NCBI RefSeq assembly: GCF_022045235.1
Contig: NW_027266264.1
Location: 62,372,001 to 62,436,000 of the forward strand
DNA length: 64,000 nt
Direction of reading: 5' to 3'
From: Haliotis cracherodii
Lineage: Eukaryota
The notes beneath the pieces are model-generated. The model saw only the letters and a list, made by a program, of their open reading frames with translations. It searched no databases and was not told the DNA's origin. The position numbers and the translations under genes were made by a program. Below are positions 11,540 to 24,199 of this stretch, one piece after another. Numbering within the stretch: position 1 is the first letter of the stretch; each line of letters opens with the position of its first letter.

Positions 11540-12930
11540 GCATGAATCATTTTATGTAACACAATTATAATGATAATTTAGAAATAAGTATCATGGTTGA
11601 GTTGATCTGCGAATTTAAAATGTTAAAGCATTAGCTCCGTGTGTTATTTGAAGCCAATGTCTATTTCATAAACCTGCTTCATTTTTACGCTGTCAGATAC
11701 CAACGAGGAACCTATGACACCACTTCGATATCACCTAATTGAAAAGATTTGTTAAATGTCTACACGCCTCTTAGCTCAGCAGTTTTTTCTTGACGCTATC
11801 GTTTCGTGAATTGGTTTTCTTTTTTTACTGGACAGAATATGAAGTGTCCCACTCGAAGGTTCATGTACAACTTGCACAAATCAAAATAGGTTTTACCTTA
11901 GTATGAGAAATACAAAATTAATACGATACGAATAGATGCATCTGCGGCTGTGGTGTTGCACATTGCAATATCATTATAAAAGCGACAAAGCCCTTTCCAT
12001 ATTCATAAGAAAACTCAAATACATTCAGAGTCGATTGTACGAATTCGTCTTATCATTAGCATGTGTTTATGAATCACTATCCCGTAGTCATGAGGGTGTT
12101 TGCGAAAAGATGAGCGTATCCTGCCCCAATGGATGTGAACAATGAAGCGTTGCTATGCCTCAGTAGGAGTTATTATACTGTTTGAACATACAACAATACG
12201 ATAAACCATACGTGCCTTTGAGAGGTCTCAATCAGTTCCACCAAGCCTACGTAGATGTGCCACGTTTGGCTTGACCTCAAGTATGAAGAATGGATATTTG
12301 TTCAGCTACTATACAGCTGCAAAACCAGATCTCTTTTAAATTGTAACAATGAACTTTCTTGTTAAAACCTTGCAAAGATGTATATCTTATAACACTCTGA
12401 AGCATAATCGATTGTAGTTTGCTCACACACAGCAACAGTGTTTACTTTTACCCTAAACGGGTCCACATGATGCCACATGATGCCTAATCCACGTAGATGT
12501 AAGAAAATCACCTTAACCTTGTATTCAGGGCTCAAGTGGCGTCTAATAATTTTACCAAGATACTGTAACCGCCTCAAGAGATTTGTGTCTGTCAAAGGTC
12601 ATAAACTGCTGGCTTTCTTCTAAAGGAAGAACAAACGTTGACGACAATGAAAGAAAAGCAATACTGCACAATAGACGTAATGACTTTGTGTTGCCAGAAG
12701 CAAGTTTCAACTGAAGCAAATAATCACAGAGAACTTAGAGATCACAAAGCAAGCAGACAAAACTGTGGCTGCCACTGACACTGACACCAAACATACTGTG
12801 AAGATACAGGAATTGGTCCGGAGGTAAAAGTCTCCTGTCTTTTCTGGCGTTTATAATTACAGATCGAGAGTTCCTCCATTTGCCTACGAGAGTAGTTCCC
12901 CCCTTCGGATGCATAGAAGGCAGGACGTCT
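11540..12930 (+). pseudogene. Decayed PAN-CTL-CTL gene (copy A2)
   Basis: ELICEFK (PAN-like; paralogue reads LICKYKMPQHQLC); acceptor ggacag at 11835 then KCPTRRFMYN...DASAA...YVDVP; second CTL NSVYFY..HDA*..NLV..CWLS..SFN*..QNC. Paralogous to 26740-27130 and 29040-29420. Confidence 0.35.
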
Positions 12931-13414
12931 ACACTCCTCAATCAATTTTGAAAATTATGAAGAGCTTTAGTACGATTTCCTGCCGCCATATATGATTATG
13001 TTTTTTTGGGTATATTCAGCACAATCGAGATCGGCGGTCGATGGGATTGTGGACTGGGCACCCATTGAAAATAACGCACACTTCTGACCACTTTCATAAG
13101 ATAAATATGAAACATACTTGAAATTTACAGGCGGGTGTAGAATTGATCATGACGAAATTGAATTTCCATATTGTGTGTTAAACACAGATTGCATGTCCGT
13201 GTATTTCAGCAGAACATTGCAAAATGATGACTAAATGTCTGTTGTCGTTTTGATAAATCAAAAAGCCATTTATGAAAACAAATCTTAATCTGTTTATTCA
13301 CTCTGAAACTCACCAAAAAAATAGAAATATAATTCAGCTTGAATTCACCATGTATCAAAGGTTCTCTCATCTCAAATTCATTTTACAGAACACGACACTG
13401 CACAGGATATGAGA

Positions 13415-13625
13415 GAGAATGAGTGAGTTGGGCCTAACGCCGCTTGGAACAATATTCCAGTTATATCACAGCGTGTCAGCTTGATGATGGGGGAGGAAAG
13501 TCCGAAGTGATGCAGGTCTTCGATGGTAACCACGGGTATACTTGACACACCTTGGAACATTATCGGCGAACCGGGATTCGAACCCACGATCATAGGTTTC
13601 TTGAGTGCCCAAGGCATGCACATCT
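13415..13625 (-). mobile_element. SINE family 1, partial
   Basis: gaggaaagtccgaagtgatgcaggtc...gaaccgggattcgaacccac. Confidence 0.8.
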
Positions 13626-13809
13626 TGCAATAAGCACTACGAAGTTCGGAGATTCGATCACCGACAGCGTCATACATACATTAAAAGATGGTATTGTTAT
13701 TACCCTGCCTGGCGCTGGGCATTAAGGGCCTAAAACAAGCATACCGATGACTTGGACCATATGTTCCCGTGTTTTATCAGGTGAACAATTACTGTTCTTT
13801 GCATGTGTT

Positions 13810-13965
13810 TATGACGGGTGCCGCCGGTTGGGCAGGGTACGCTCACATTTTCGCGAACACATGGTATCATCACTATTTCATAATGATTCATAAACACATG
13901 CTTTTGATGTAGTCGGAATCGTACAATGTACTCTGCTTTATGCAGAGATTTTTATTTGGAAAGGG
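13810..13965 (+). repeat. Unclassified interspersed repeat (other copies ~24440-24545 -, ~47110-47240 +, ~61800-61970 +)
   Basis: Shared motif gacgggtgccgccggttgggcagggtacgctcacattttcgcgaacac.tgg. Confidence 0.6.
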
Positions 13966-16639
13966 TTTTGTCGCTTCATTTATGAATGAACATGATTGCA
14001 CGAACAAGTAACACCACAAGAATTGTCCGGATATAACTCATCCGAAAAACGTGTCTGATGTATCAGAAATAGGAACGACAGTTTTTATGGTATGATCTCC
14101 TATCTAAAGAACTCCGTGTGTTCAGCAAGTTTACCTGTTTTTATTCTGATGGTGACCTTGGCCTCCTTTCGAAGCCATAACACACTTTCTGAGCAAACTC
14201 GATTCTGTTCACTCTCCCTTCTTCAAAATAAGGAGGTGCAATAAACAGTAACTTCCTTGGTGGTAACACAGCGTTATATGTTTGCCGAAACGGTACAACC
14301 AGGATGTAAACTCAGCTGATGCATCCAGCAAACATTGTTGATTGATCAGCGTGGTAATTGGCGATGTGATTGGACAGCTGTTCGTGGAATTATATATTCT
14401 GCATTGAAACACATAATTCATGTTGATTGTGGCTGTCATTTTTGCCCACACATCGTATTTTGTGTGTGCATTTTAATACCCACACACAACCGAATTCATC
14501 TGTGCAACAAATGGCAATTGTCCTATAATTAAATTTTAATACATACTTCGTGTGATAAATAAATAACACATCGCATTCGAGAAAGTCCAGGCTATATCGT
14601 TAGCTTTATTTTACAAAATCCATATATCAATCCATCGTAGACACTGATGTAGTGTAAAATAAAAACATTTCGACGTCTTCTTTTCTATATACGTAATACA
14701 TAAGAAAATTACTTTTCACACGAACCGGAAATTGGTAAAAGTTACAGTCAGAAAAAAATCAATATAAACATTTGTCTAGCAGGGAAGTGAAGATAAACAA
14801 GCTCAGCTTGCAACATTTCCCAGAGGAACACAAATCATTTTATCGTGGTTTTAAATACAATCAAACAATATGTGAATCTGCTCCTGTTTTGGAACACCGA
14901 TAACATCAAAGTCGAAATAGATTTGGCAGTAACACACAGATTGAAATGTTGATAAGTCTCGGATATGAACACAGTCAATTACCTAAAGACATAAAAAAGG
15001 AAAGGCAGTTGTTTATACAGTACGAATTGAGGGGATCGGTCACAGGAAATGTTAAAAGGACGCTAAACTCTCCTGTGTAGCAGTGTGACTGACATAAAAA
15101 CCGAATCGGATGCTGCAGGTAAGGATGAACCACTGTGCATGTAAAATGTATAAAGGGCTGAATGTTGACATAGACTGATATTGAGCCATGTCTTCTTCAA
15201 CATATCTGTTCTTTCCATTTTTTTCTGTAGATACATATATGACATTTAACGTAGACTTTACATTAATCGGAATCGAAGACACAGACACTAATATAATATT
15301 GATACAATAGGAGTATGTCTGTAGGACGCTTTGGACTACCGATTTCAGTGGTTTGGTTAAGTAATTTGGCTTAAATGTCTCTGGAATGGTTTTGTGATCA
15401 ATTTCATATTCTTGATAAAGGTTTTAGAATACTTATACAAGTTAAAGACTATGTGCACAGTACAAACCAGCTGGCATTTGACGAAATAAGTTCTAATAAA
15501 CTGCGGTGGATTGTAAAAACACTGTGGTACAATATAATACTACGGTACAATTCGATGTAGAATTGTCACCACACTGTGACAAAATGTAATACTGCGGTCA
15601 ATTGAAATATCTGCCGTGGGATGGATTATAATAATAGCTGCGTCTAGAAAGAAAATCTCACTTATCAAACAAAGGCCCAATTTTCTGACAGATTAATGTG
15701 AATATTTCTTCGAGTGTTACCTCGACTTAAACATGGTTCATTTTCTGCCTCGATCTTTTATGTAATATGAATGAAACTGACTCATTTCCTCCATTGATCT
15801 CATTCATATTGATAGCAGGTGCGGTAAATCCTAATGAACTGCAGAGAACAACTTCTAACTAAAATTGTAACAACATCTCCCAATTTGTTCAGACAACACA
15901 GAACTTCGATTTCCAGTGGATGTACTTAAACAACCCATTTCCATCACCATTGTGTTGAAAGAAACGAACGAGACGTTTCTTCCGGAATTGCTCTCATTCA
16001 TTTATAATTCCAGTGAAATGGTATAACGTCTGACGTATATTCTTCATCCGTAAGACTTCTCTCATTAATTATTGAACAGGGCTTTGGCTAAAATGGATCC
16101 ACAGCAATCCACAGCAATGACAACTCTATATCAAGTGGGAAGACAATGCTTTGTTGAGGTGGGTACAAAACATATGTCATCAGTGACTCGTGTCAAAATA
16201 TGAGGGGTTGATGTTTTGTCATTAAGATTTGTTGTTGTTGTGGAAAATATGCATCAATGTACAATTGTCATAAGCCATAGACGAATTTCCTTTCCTGTGG
16301 ATATATATCCAATTTACCATGTATTTATAACATGAAAATATACAGTGTCACTAAAAATCCTAATGTACGCAGTCGATAAAGACGAACGCAACGTGTATGC
16401 CCATTCCTTGTCATGATACATGTAGCTGCAGATTTGTGGTTATGCATAAATTAGAGTTGGATTAGTTTCGAGAGCTAATTTTTATTCAAAGTGAACGACT
16501 CATAATAAGCATATAAATCCGTCAAATTTAATCCTTTATAAAAACAGTTAGGAAATGTTTAAAAATATGCTGTAATGTATATACATCATAATCAATTCGG
16601 CAATGTTTTCACTGAAGGTAAATCTGCTGCCAAATAGTA

Positions 16640-17510
16640 TATACTCAACAACAAAAGTTCCTGTGACACCAATATTTTAGTGTATATTTCAAACAAGTAA
16701 AGTTTGGTTGCGATGCAAGCAACACATCTTCGTCTCATGGAATCGACCAGGCGTCGCACAAAGTCCTGTGGGATATCTGTCCATATCTGCTGGAGCATGT
16801 TTCGAAGTTCCTGAAGTGTCTGTGGAACGCGTGGTTGAAAAGTAATGCCTGGGCCACGACGACGCAAAAACGGTAGAACAACAGGGCCGTCGCCGTAGCG
16901 CTGTCAATTTGGATTTCCCTCTACCACTATCGAACGGGTCCTCTGTCTTACTTTAATCCCACCACATACAATAACGCTGCCGGCCCCGAACCGATCTTCT
17001 TCCATGACACAATGATTGACGTAACGTTCACCTCGACGTCGGTACACTCGAATCCGTCCATCGCTGTGGCTGAGGTGAAAACGAGACTCGTCAGTGAATA
17101 GAACTTGTCCCCACTGCATGGCCGTCCAGCGTATCCAGTTGTCCTGTCGATTATTGGTTACGCGTGGCCTGCCACTTTGAGGATGGTCTCTGATTGCATT
17201 CGTCTGTTGCCAACGTTGCCATAAACACTAAATGGTGTTTCTGTTGATGTTAAATTGCCTTGCAACATCACGTTGACTCGATCCTGCTTCAAGCATACCA
17301 ATGGCTCGCATACGCTCATTTTCGGATAGGCGTTGCATTTCGTAATGTTGAATAATTGCGTAATTTTGTTGTTTTTCTGAGTGGTTGTTGTCAGCACGAT
17401 GCTAAACAATGCATAAGGAATCCCGTTAACGCACATGTATTTATACCTATTCTTGGGTAGTGAAATGCATAGGGCTTTCATAAAAGTCAACTTTTGCCAA
17501 TGAATGGCCC
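16640..17510 (-). mobile_element. Tc1-like (DD34E) transposon, degenerate
   Basis: WGQVLFTDESRFHLSHSDGRIRVYRRRGERY; PQTLQELRNML..IPQ..RRLVDSMRRRCVACI; internal deletions. Confidence 0.9.
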
Positions 17511-17979
17511 CCTTGGAAGCTGGATTGACACCTCTACTTTAAGTTGTTCGTATGAAAATAAGTATACAAGTATTTAAATACAGTTTTGACTATGGTTTTC
17601 GAACATTGTAGACACTAAGTATTGAAATGTATATTCTGCCCATAAAGAAAATAACTTCTAACACGACTAACCAAGTCATCGCTCGCTCGCCAGTTATTGT
17701 AATACAATGCATATTACGAGACATCGTACATCTGGGCCTGAAGAATGCAAATGACAAACAATGCCAATGAGTTCAGAATGTATTGTCTTTTGATAAGAAA
17801 GACAAATATGTAAGTTCGAGTCTTTCCCCATCCCAGTCTTTAAGATAAATTTCGCCATCACAACACAGTTGCCTTCGACTTATTCACAGTGATACTGTAA
17901 ACCAGAATCTAGAAAGTACCGATTAAGAATAGGAATCAAAATTAGTATTTCATTTAGTCCATAGCGTGAAAGCGTAATG

Positions 17980-18450
17980 TGTCAGCAGCGCCCTCAAAGG
18001 CGTCCTATCGGGGACGTTTACCCCTTTGGCCAAACCCACGAGCACTTTATTTGAACCAATGACCGTCGGATCCTGGAACTGCTTCGAGCCACAACTCTGC
18101 ACAAAGAATTGCAGCAACTTAGACGACTGAACGAATGCTACTCTAGCTTTCAACGTCGCTTAGAACAGTATTTCAGTGTTAAAACGGTTCCATATTATTC
18201 CAAGAGTTATATACACTTCACTGTAGTTTCTTTTCTGCATAAATCGTAATAAGAGCAAGAGTCGTTGTTGACAGTTTGAAATGCTTGTAGAATATGTATA
18301 TATCAAGCGGCAATCATGGAGAGAACCGGTTTTAGGGGATGTCGAAGTTAGTACAATTCACAGCAGCAGTTTACAACAATTTACGGCACCTGATATTAAT
18401 ATAAATGGAGGAAATGATTCAGTCGATCTTTTAACATAATGGTAGTCTAA
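17980..18450 (+). pseudogene. Decayed PAN exon plus CTL exon
   Basis: One frame reads TVGSWNCFEPQLCTKNCSNLDD*TNATLAFNV (PAN C-x3-C-x5-[C to stop]..AFN); then LKC/YVYIKRQSWRE (CTL SW motif). The CTL start is paralogous to 24660-24730. Confidence 0.5.
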
Positions 18451-18943
18451 ATGGGCCATGTTTAAGTCGACAACACAGTCGAAGTTCGTTTGAGTCTGAG
18501 CGAATAATAGAAGTTAGTAAATCAAAAGCTATTACAAGTTACCACCGTACCTGTTCTCAGAGACAATGGAGGCAAACCCTCTTTTCAAAGTCGGACCATA
18601 TTCAGAGAGTAGATATGAAAGTACTTATCTTACCTATTTTTCATTAAGAACATATTTATTTCAACGGATTCAATTAACATTTTCTTTGAGTAGTATAATT
18701 AGTCTTATGTTTGATAAATGAGATTGTCTCTCTAGAAGACGTCTCAACTAACGTAACATAATGATGATTAAATGGGACAAAAAATAATGAACGACTTGCA
18801 TTTTGAAATGTTTTAGATTTCTGGACTTCTATTTCCAATTAGTTTACTTCCTAAGCCCATAAAGACATCCTGTATACCGTCAAATGTAAACTAGAATTTT
18901 ATTACAAAGTACAATGTATGTCAGAGGCTAGTACATGGATGAA

Positions 18944-19212
18944 ATTGGGTTGGGTTTAACGCTGCTTTTAACAGTATTCCAGTTATATCGCGGCGTGTCA
19001 GCTTAATGTGTGAGGAAAGCCCGAAGTGATGCAGGTCTCAGCCGTTTACCACTTTGGTGAAACCCACGTGCACGAGCATGGTGCTGACGAACCTGGAAAC
19101 ATAGTCGGGGCGAACCGGGATTCGAACCCACAATCATAAGTTTCTGGCGTGCTCAAGGGACGCAATTCTGAACAGCGAATCGCGGCGCCTTAGACGACTC
19201 GGCCACCCGTGC
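18944..19212 (-). mobile_element. SINE family 1, full length with TSD
   Basis: 11-bp TSD acatggatgaa at 18933-18943 and 19213-19223; A-box GTGGCCGAGTCGTCTAAGGCG; B-box GGGTTCGAATCCC. Confidence 0.92.
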
Positions 19213-19744
19213 ACATGGATGAAGTAATACAATTATGATTAAAAGTGACAATATGTAATCAACGACTTCATTTTAAAATGTTTTAGATATCTAGATTTTC
19301 ATTTCCAATTAGCATACTGTCTAATCACATGCAGATATCTTTGTATACCGACAAATCAAAATTAACTTTTTATAACAAAATATAATGTACGGCTCGTATA
19401 CGTATGTCAGAGGTTAATACAGTTTACATGAGTTTGCCGTAATTCGTATTACAATTCACCGTAATGCATTTACAATTCATTACACTTTGTATTACCACAC
19501 CTGCTATTACTAAAGATGAAGGGAACGACTTAGTATTATTCATATCTTAACATGATAGTGGTTTAAATGGGATGTGTCCAAGTCGAAAAGCAGTCGAAAT
19601 AGAACTTCTGTGGACTCTTTGGGAAAAAAGTAAATGAACTTAATATATACTTTAGGTCAGACATTTTTACATGTCACTGCAGTTTAGAATTTACGTCAAA
19701 GTTATTTTGTATAATCTACCGCACCTGACTCAGTTTCGGTCATT

Positions 19745-20840
19745 CATAAATTAAAATCACTATGGATGTTGTCGATGGACCAAAAGAGAAGATGAACCTG
19801 TTCAATGTCTTCCACCTCGAGTGGGTTACGTCAGGGATCTCGTCATTGACAGACACCTGCCATCGAGCATAGACGTGCATAACACATAAAGAAGAGAAAA
19901 CACGGAAAAACCTGTTCTTTTTCAAGGTGTCATTCGAAAACAACGCCAAAACCCGGAACAACAAAGAGGGGGTATACAGAAGTCATGTTTGTTCGAGAAA
20001 AGTTACGAAAATTAGGTAAACTTTGAAAGTTACAATTGCAGTCACAGTGTTGGAATGAATGACGAATGGTTGTTGATAGACTGGAAGTTCTTATGAACTG
20101 AAACTTGCATAATCTGATGCTCTGGGACACCATTGTCGGATCAAGTTTCGATCATTCCTTTTTCCAGCGCTATGGTTCTTCAACCATTTGTCCGTAGATA
20201 GTCCAGCACTGGATGCCATGGTCCTTATAGGGAAGCCGATCTTGTTTCTGCAAACATGTTTGCGTTTAAAACCACGCGTTGAAAGGTTTTACCCCGAACT
20301 GTGAGTTGAGTGCAAGATGAAATGGACTGTCATCATTAGAAAAGTCTAGCGGGTGAACATTCCGATTCAATATATAAGCGGCCACCGGAGAACATTAACT
20401 GGGGCCAATTTCTCCAACATTCTTGTTTTGTCATTTGAGCTATCTTGTACAAATTTGTGACCTACATTTATGTCAAGTCTAGTCTTATTTATTGTGTTTT
20501 CGTTTTCAGTGGCAGTTAAAAACTTATCGATGTCGCCATCGTTCACAAAGGCAAGCCTGTCTTCAATAAGTCGGGTGTTTGGATTCGGGATGTCGACAAA
20601 TCGTCAAACAGCAAGTCCTCTAGCACAGACGCTGGCAAACCCGGACTTGGTGGTGTCGATTTTGGCGCACTAAAGACAGTTTCTGGCAACACTCGCAATA
20701 TGGTTCTTGCAACTTCAATCTAGCCATATACCGTTTTAACAACAAAGACATTAAATGTTTTCAGACGTTGAATTATAACTCTTCCTGTCAGACCTTTAAC
20801 GAGGTAATTTACTTTAACAGGTTTCAAATTGTCAGCCATG
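19745..20840 (-). mobile_element. CryptonA-like tyrosine-recombinase transposon remnant
   Basis: DIDKFLTATENENTINKT..D; SPVAAY..DSPFHLALN; RNKIG..IRTMASSAGL..KNHSAGK..GVPEHQIMQVSVHKNFQSINNHS (DUF3504-type YR C-terminus); frameshifts and a large internal deletion; boundaries approximate. Confidence 0.8.
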
Positions 20841-22076
20841 TTTGTTCACAAACAATGCACACGTAGTTGTTGTTTTTAAATTTTTGTTATTGTAATCTAA
20901 AAATCACAGGAAATAAATACTCTGTTGATTATAACGTGAAATCATGTCGTTGATATGAAACTATGCTTCTTGTCTTAAAATTCTGATTGTAGCACGTAAA
21001 TGAATTAATGCCATGGATTTGTGAATGAACTAAAAAAATAGTCCCGTCGACCCAATGAAATTGATCTTTGTTAAACTGACCAATCAGCTTCGAGACTCAC
21101 TAATTGCACACTGTGCAAATATACAAAAAAAGATATTACATTGCATATGTATCCCGTATATGTAATAATACACTTTACTGCAGTGATTTCGCAATTCACC
21201 GCAGTTATTTACATTTTACAGGGCACTTTTAAATGATGTGATGTATACATTGTACATGCAGCTTCCATTTTGTAATGTTTATCTCTCTTATGGCAGCCTA
21301 TAATTGCTTCAAGAAGCATTAATCTCATGCGAACAACATCCAGTTGATGCAATGTGTGTGGTTTGTATAAGGTTCAAGATCACTTCTGGATGAGACTTCT
21401 AACGACCATGCTACCGACGAAAAGACTTTGCCTCCATGGTATCGTAACGGTTTACTTTTCCTTAATCGTGTTTAACTTAGTTTTGACGAAGAAAATAAGG
21501 ACCACCGACCTAGCCATGGTCTATTTTCGAGTACCGTTTTGACACTACCGGAGCACGGGCACCAGTTCCAGCAATTACCGATAACTCCAAAGTCAAACAG
21601 CATGTTTATTGTTTCCGTGACATTTCCTACTGAGCAGCATGTTTCCTCAAGGAAAAGTAACATATGGCCTTTTTCACGCCAAAGGTCACTTACAAAAAGT
21701 AACGTGTGATAATAAACATGGACGAATGTGAATGGCTAACAGATTGCAGCATCTAAGTCCGCATGAAGGTTGTACATTCGTCTTGTCACTAATGCCAGTT
21801 TATCTGACATGAAAGGGATAGAAACACAACACCTGTCGTGAAAGGGCTATGCTTGCAGAATCAACGTCATGAATTATTAACGTTTGAATAGTTACACTGC
21901 ATCACTGAACGTGGTGGCCTTAGATGTAGCATGGTTTGTATAAAAATATTCATTTGCGAGATGTGCCATGTGAAAGCTCAGACAGAAATCTTAATGACAC
22001 TAATACCTTCCGAACAATGAATATTCTATTGACCTTAATCCTATGCCTGTTTGTAAGCCCTTACTTGCAGGATGAC

Positions 22077-22300
22077 GTTTGTTCGTTTGTTGTTTAACGC
22101 CGCAATCAACTATATTCCACTTATATGACGGCGGCCTGTATCTTATCGAATCTGGATTAGTCAGAATCACATCATAAACTATGATCCACGCGCTAGGGGT
22201 ACGATGACATGGAAACAACCCAGTCTCCAAGTCTGAAATCAATTTATGCTTAGTTGCATTCCATGAGCAGCGTCGGTTTCCGGGGACTTTTTCTATACCG
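22077..22300 (-). mobile_element. SINE family 4, old copy
   Basis: tttgttgtttaacgccgca...atcgaatctgga...; positional counterpart of 7630-7800. Confidence 0.7.
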
Positions 22301-23206
22301 GACTCCTTATGCCGATGCAAAATGTCACCATTTACACGCATATGGTAATGTGAGTGTATGCCATTATGTAACTGTACAAACATAACTGATAGATACAAAC
22401 TCTTGACCATCTCTATGGAATAATACTTGCACTACTCTTGAGGATCTGCCTGAAAGTTAACCGAGCAATTTGGAAATTGTTCATCAACACTGGAGGACAG
22501 TGACCTCACAAAATATACTAGTATATAGGAATACAACTCTAATTCCTGGTACGTGTACCTGTCAAACAAGGTTTTAGTGCAATCAAAATACAAATAACAT
22601 CACACGCAAATCACCCTCTTTGAGTGACTAGGACTATCCCTCCAAATCATCCCCTTGCTCGTGCCATGGTGAAGCATTTCCGAAAAGTCGGTGCCAGAGT
22701 TTTGAATATCTGCCGAAACAGATTCCACGGGGCTTAAAAGGCAAAATAATGATCAAATGTAAAACCAGGATATCTGAAAATCAGTGATGTCACCACTGTG
22801 TCCTCACAGGGTGTCTCACATGTCAGTCCACTACGTGAGCATGATGACACAAGAGTCTCACGTATCATCTAATAAAGTACTGTCTGAAATGCTAGAAGAA
22901 AGCTTTTCCGGCTTCATTTAATAGATACACGTCATAGGGCTATGAAAATAGCATATTAAAAAGTAACGCAAATTGACCTAATCTAGCCTATACTAACTGC
23001 TCATGAATTTTCTCCATGTGATTGTTTTTGTGTCAATAAGATGTTTTCGGAAGACTACATTGTATATCATTATAACGGAGTCACGTGCGCATATTTCTAT
23101 AGTCCGTTTTAGACCGCCATCATTGGACTTAAATCCGAACTTACTGTTTTCGTTCGTTTTTGTCTCCTGTAAAATTGTCGATAGGACTCCTTGTCCTTGT
23201 CCGAAA

Positions 23207-23456
23207 TTGGTTGGTTTGTTGTTTAACGTCGCACTCAGCAATATTACAGCTGTATGACGGCGGTGTGTAAATATTCGATTCTGGACCAGACAATCCAGTG
23301 ATTAATATCATGAGCATCGATCCACGCAATTGGGATCGATGACATGTATCAACCAAGTCAGCGAGTCTGACCACCCGATCCCGTTAGTCGCCTTTTACGA
23401 CAAGCATAGTCGCCTTTTACGGCAAGCATGGGTTCTATCCCGGATCGTCTCGGGTT
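23207..23456 (-). mobile_element. SINE family 4, near full length
   Basis: gaccacccgatcccgttagtcgccttttacgacaagcat core; TSD ttgtc(c/t)gaaa; 3' tail similar to family 2. Further copies ~34875-35060 -, ~37970-38130 -, ~47395-47580 +. Confidence 0.88.
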
Positions 23457-23637
23457 TTGTCTGAAATACTTCAAACCACAGGTTGGTCGATCGGTAGTTA
23501 TTCGATATTTCAGTAGTAACAGTCTTTTTTTAAAGGGCAAAACGCATTTTTCTTGCATTTCCGACAGTACTTTAACTGCTTGACCAAGGTGTCACAAGGT
23601 TTCCCAACATACCGTCAAACTGCGTGACTGTGGTGAG

Positions 23638-23975
23638 GCTCTCGTTATCCGCGACAATGGAGACAGTTATCGCTGGCGAAATGATGCTCCAATACACGTC
23701 CAGTTTCATGTCCATGTTCTGCATGGAGATGCCACTGTAAAATCAAGCAGGAGCAACAGTCGCTCTAGTTATCCGCGACAATGGAGACAGTTATCGTTGG
23801 CGACATGATGCTCCTATACACGTCCATTTTCATGGTCATATTATACATGGAGGTTCCACTGTAGAATCAAGCAGGAGCAACAGTCGCTCTCGTTATCCGC
23901 GACAATGGAGACGGTTATCGCTGGCGACATGATGCTCCTATACACGTCCAGTTTCATGGTCATATTATACATAGA
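23638..23975. repeat. ~125-bp tandem triplication
   Basis: gctctcgttatccgcgacaatggagacagttatcgctggcga...caagcaggagcaacagtc, about 2.7 copies. Confidence 0.95.
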
Positions 23976-24199
23976 ATGTATGGTGTCATACATAGTTCAC
24001 TCACTCACCAAAACACCCAACCACCCACTCACCCAAACACCCACCCACCCACTCACTCACTCACTCACTCACGTAGTTATAATTTAGATACACGGATTGG
24101 AAGCGCAACCAAAACCACATTGATTCCACATTGAGAAGTATCACAGCATGTCAGTTTGATGTTGCTAGAAGGCCCCAAAACCGCTGTCCGTTGACGTTC

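Larger units (their letters stand above)
21350..23740 (+). pseudogene. Decayed CTL-CTL (copy B1, paralogue of 6920-8280)
   Basis: Nucleotide collinearity with 6920-7990 and 8090-8275; FPNIPSNCVTV/VIRDNGDSYRWRND; interrupted by SINEs. Confidence 0.4.

Noticed and set aside
14130-14530. Domain remnant with unclear strand
   Set aside because: It reads PAN-like on - (LHPGC..YHQGSYCLLH) and CTL-like on + (RFCS..GNWR..CV). I cannot decide by eye, which illustrates the false-positive risk.
23613-23735. Minus-strand exon GISMQNMDMKLDVYW.. with AG/GT sites
   Set aside because: The splice sites are not conserved in the paralogue at 8090-8275, and no partner exons were found.
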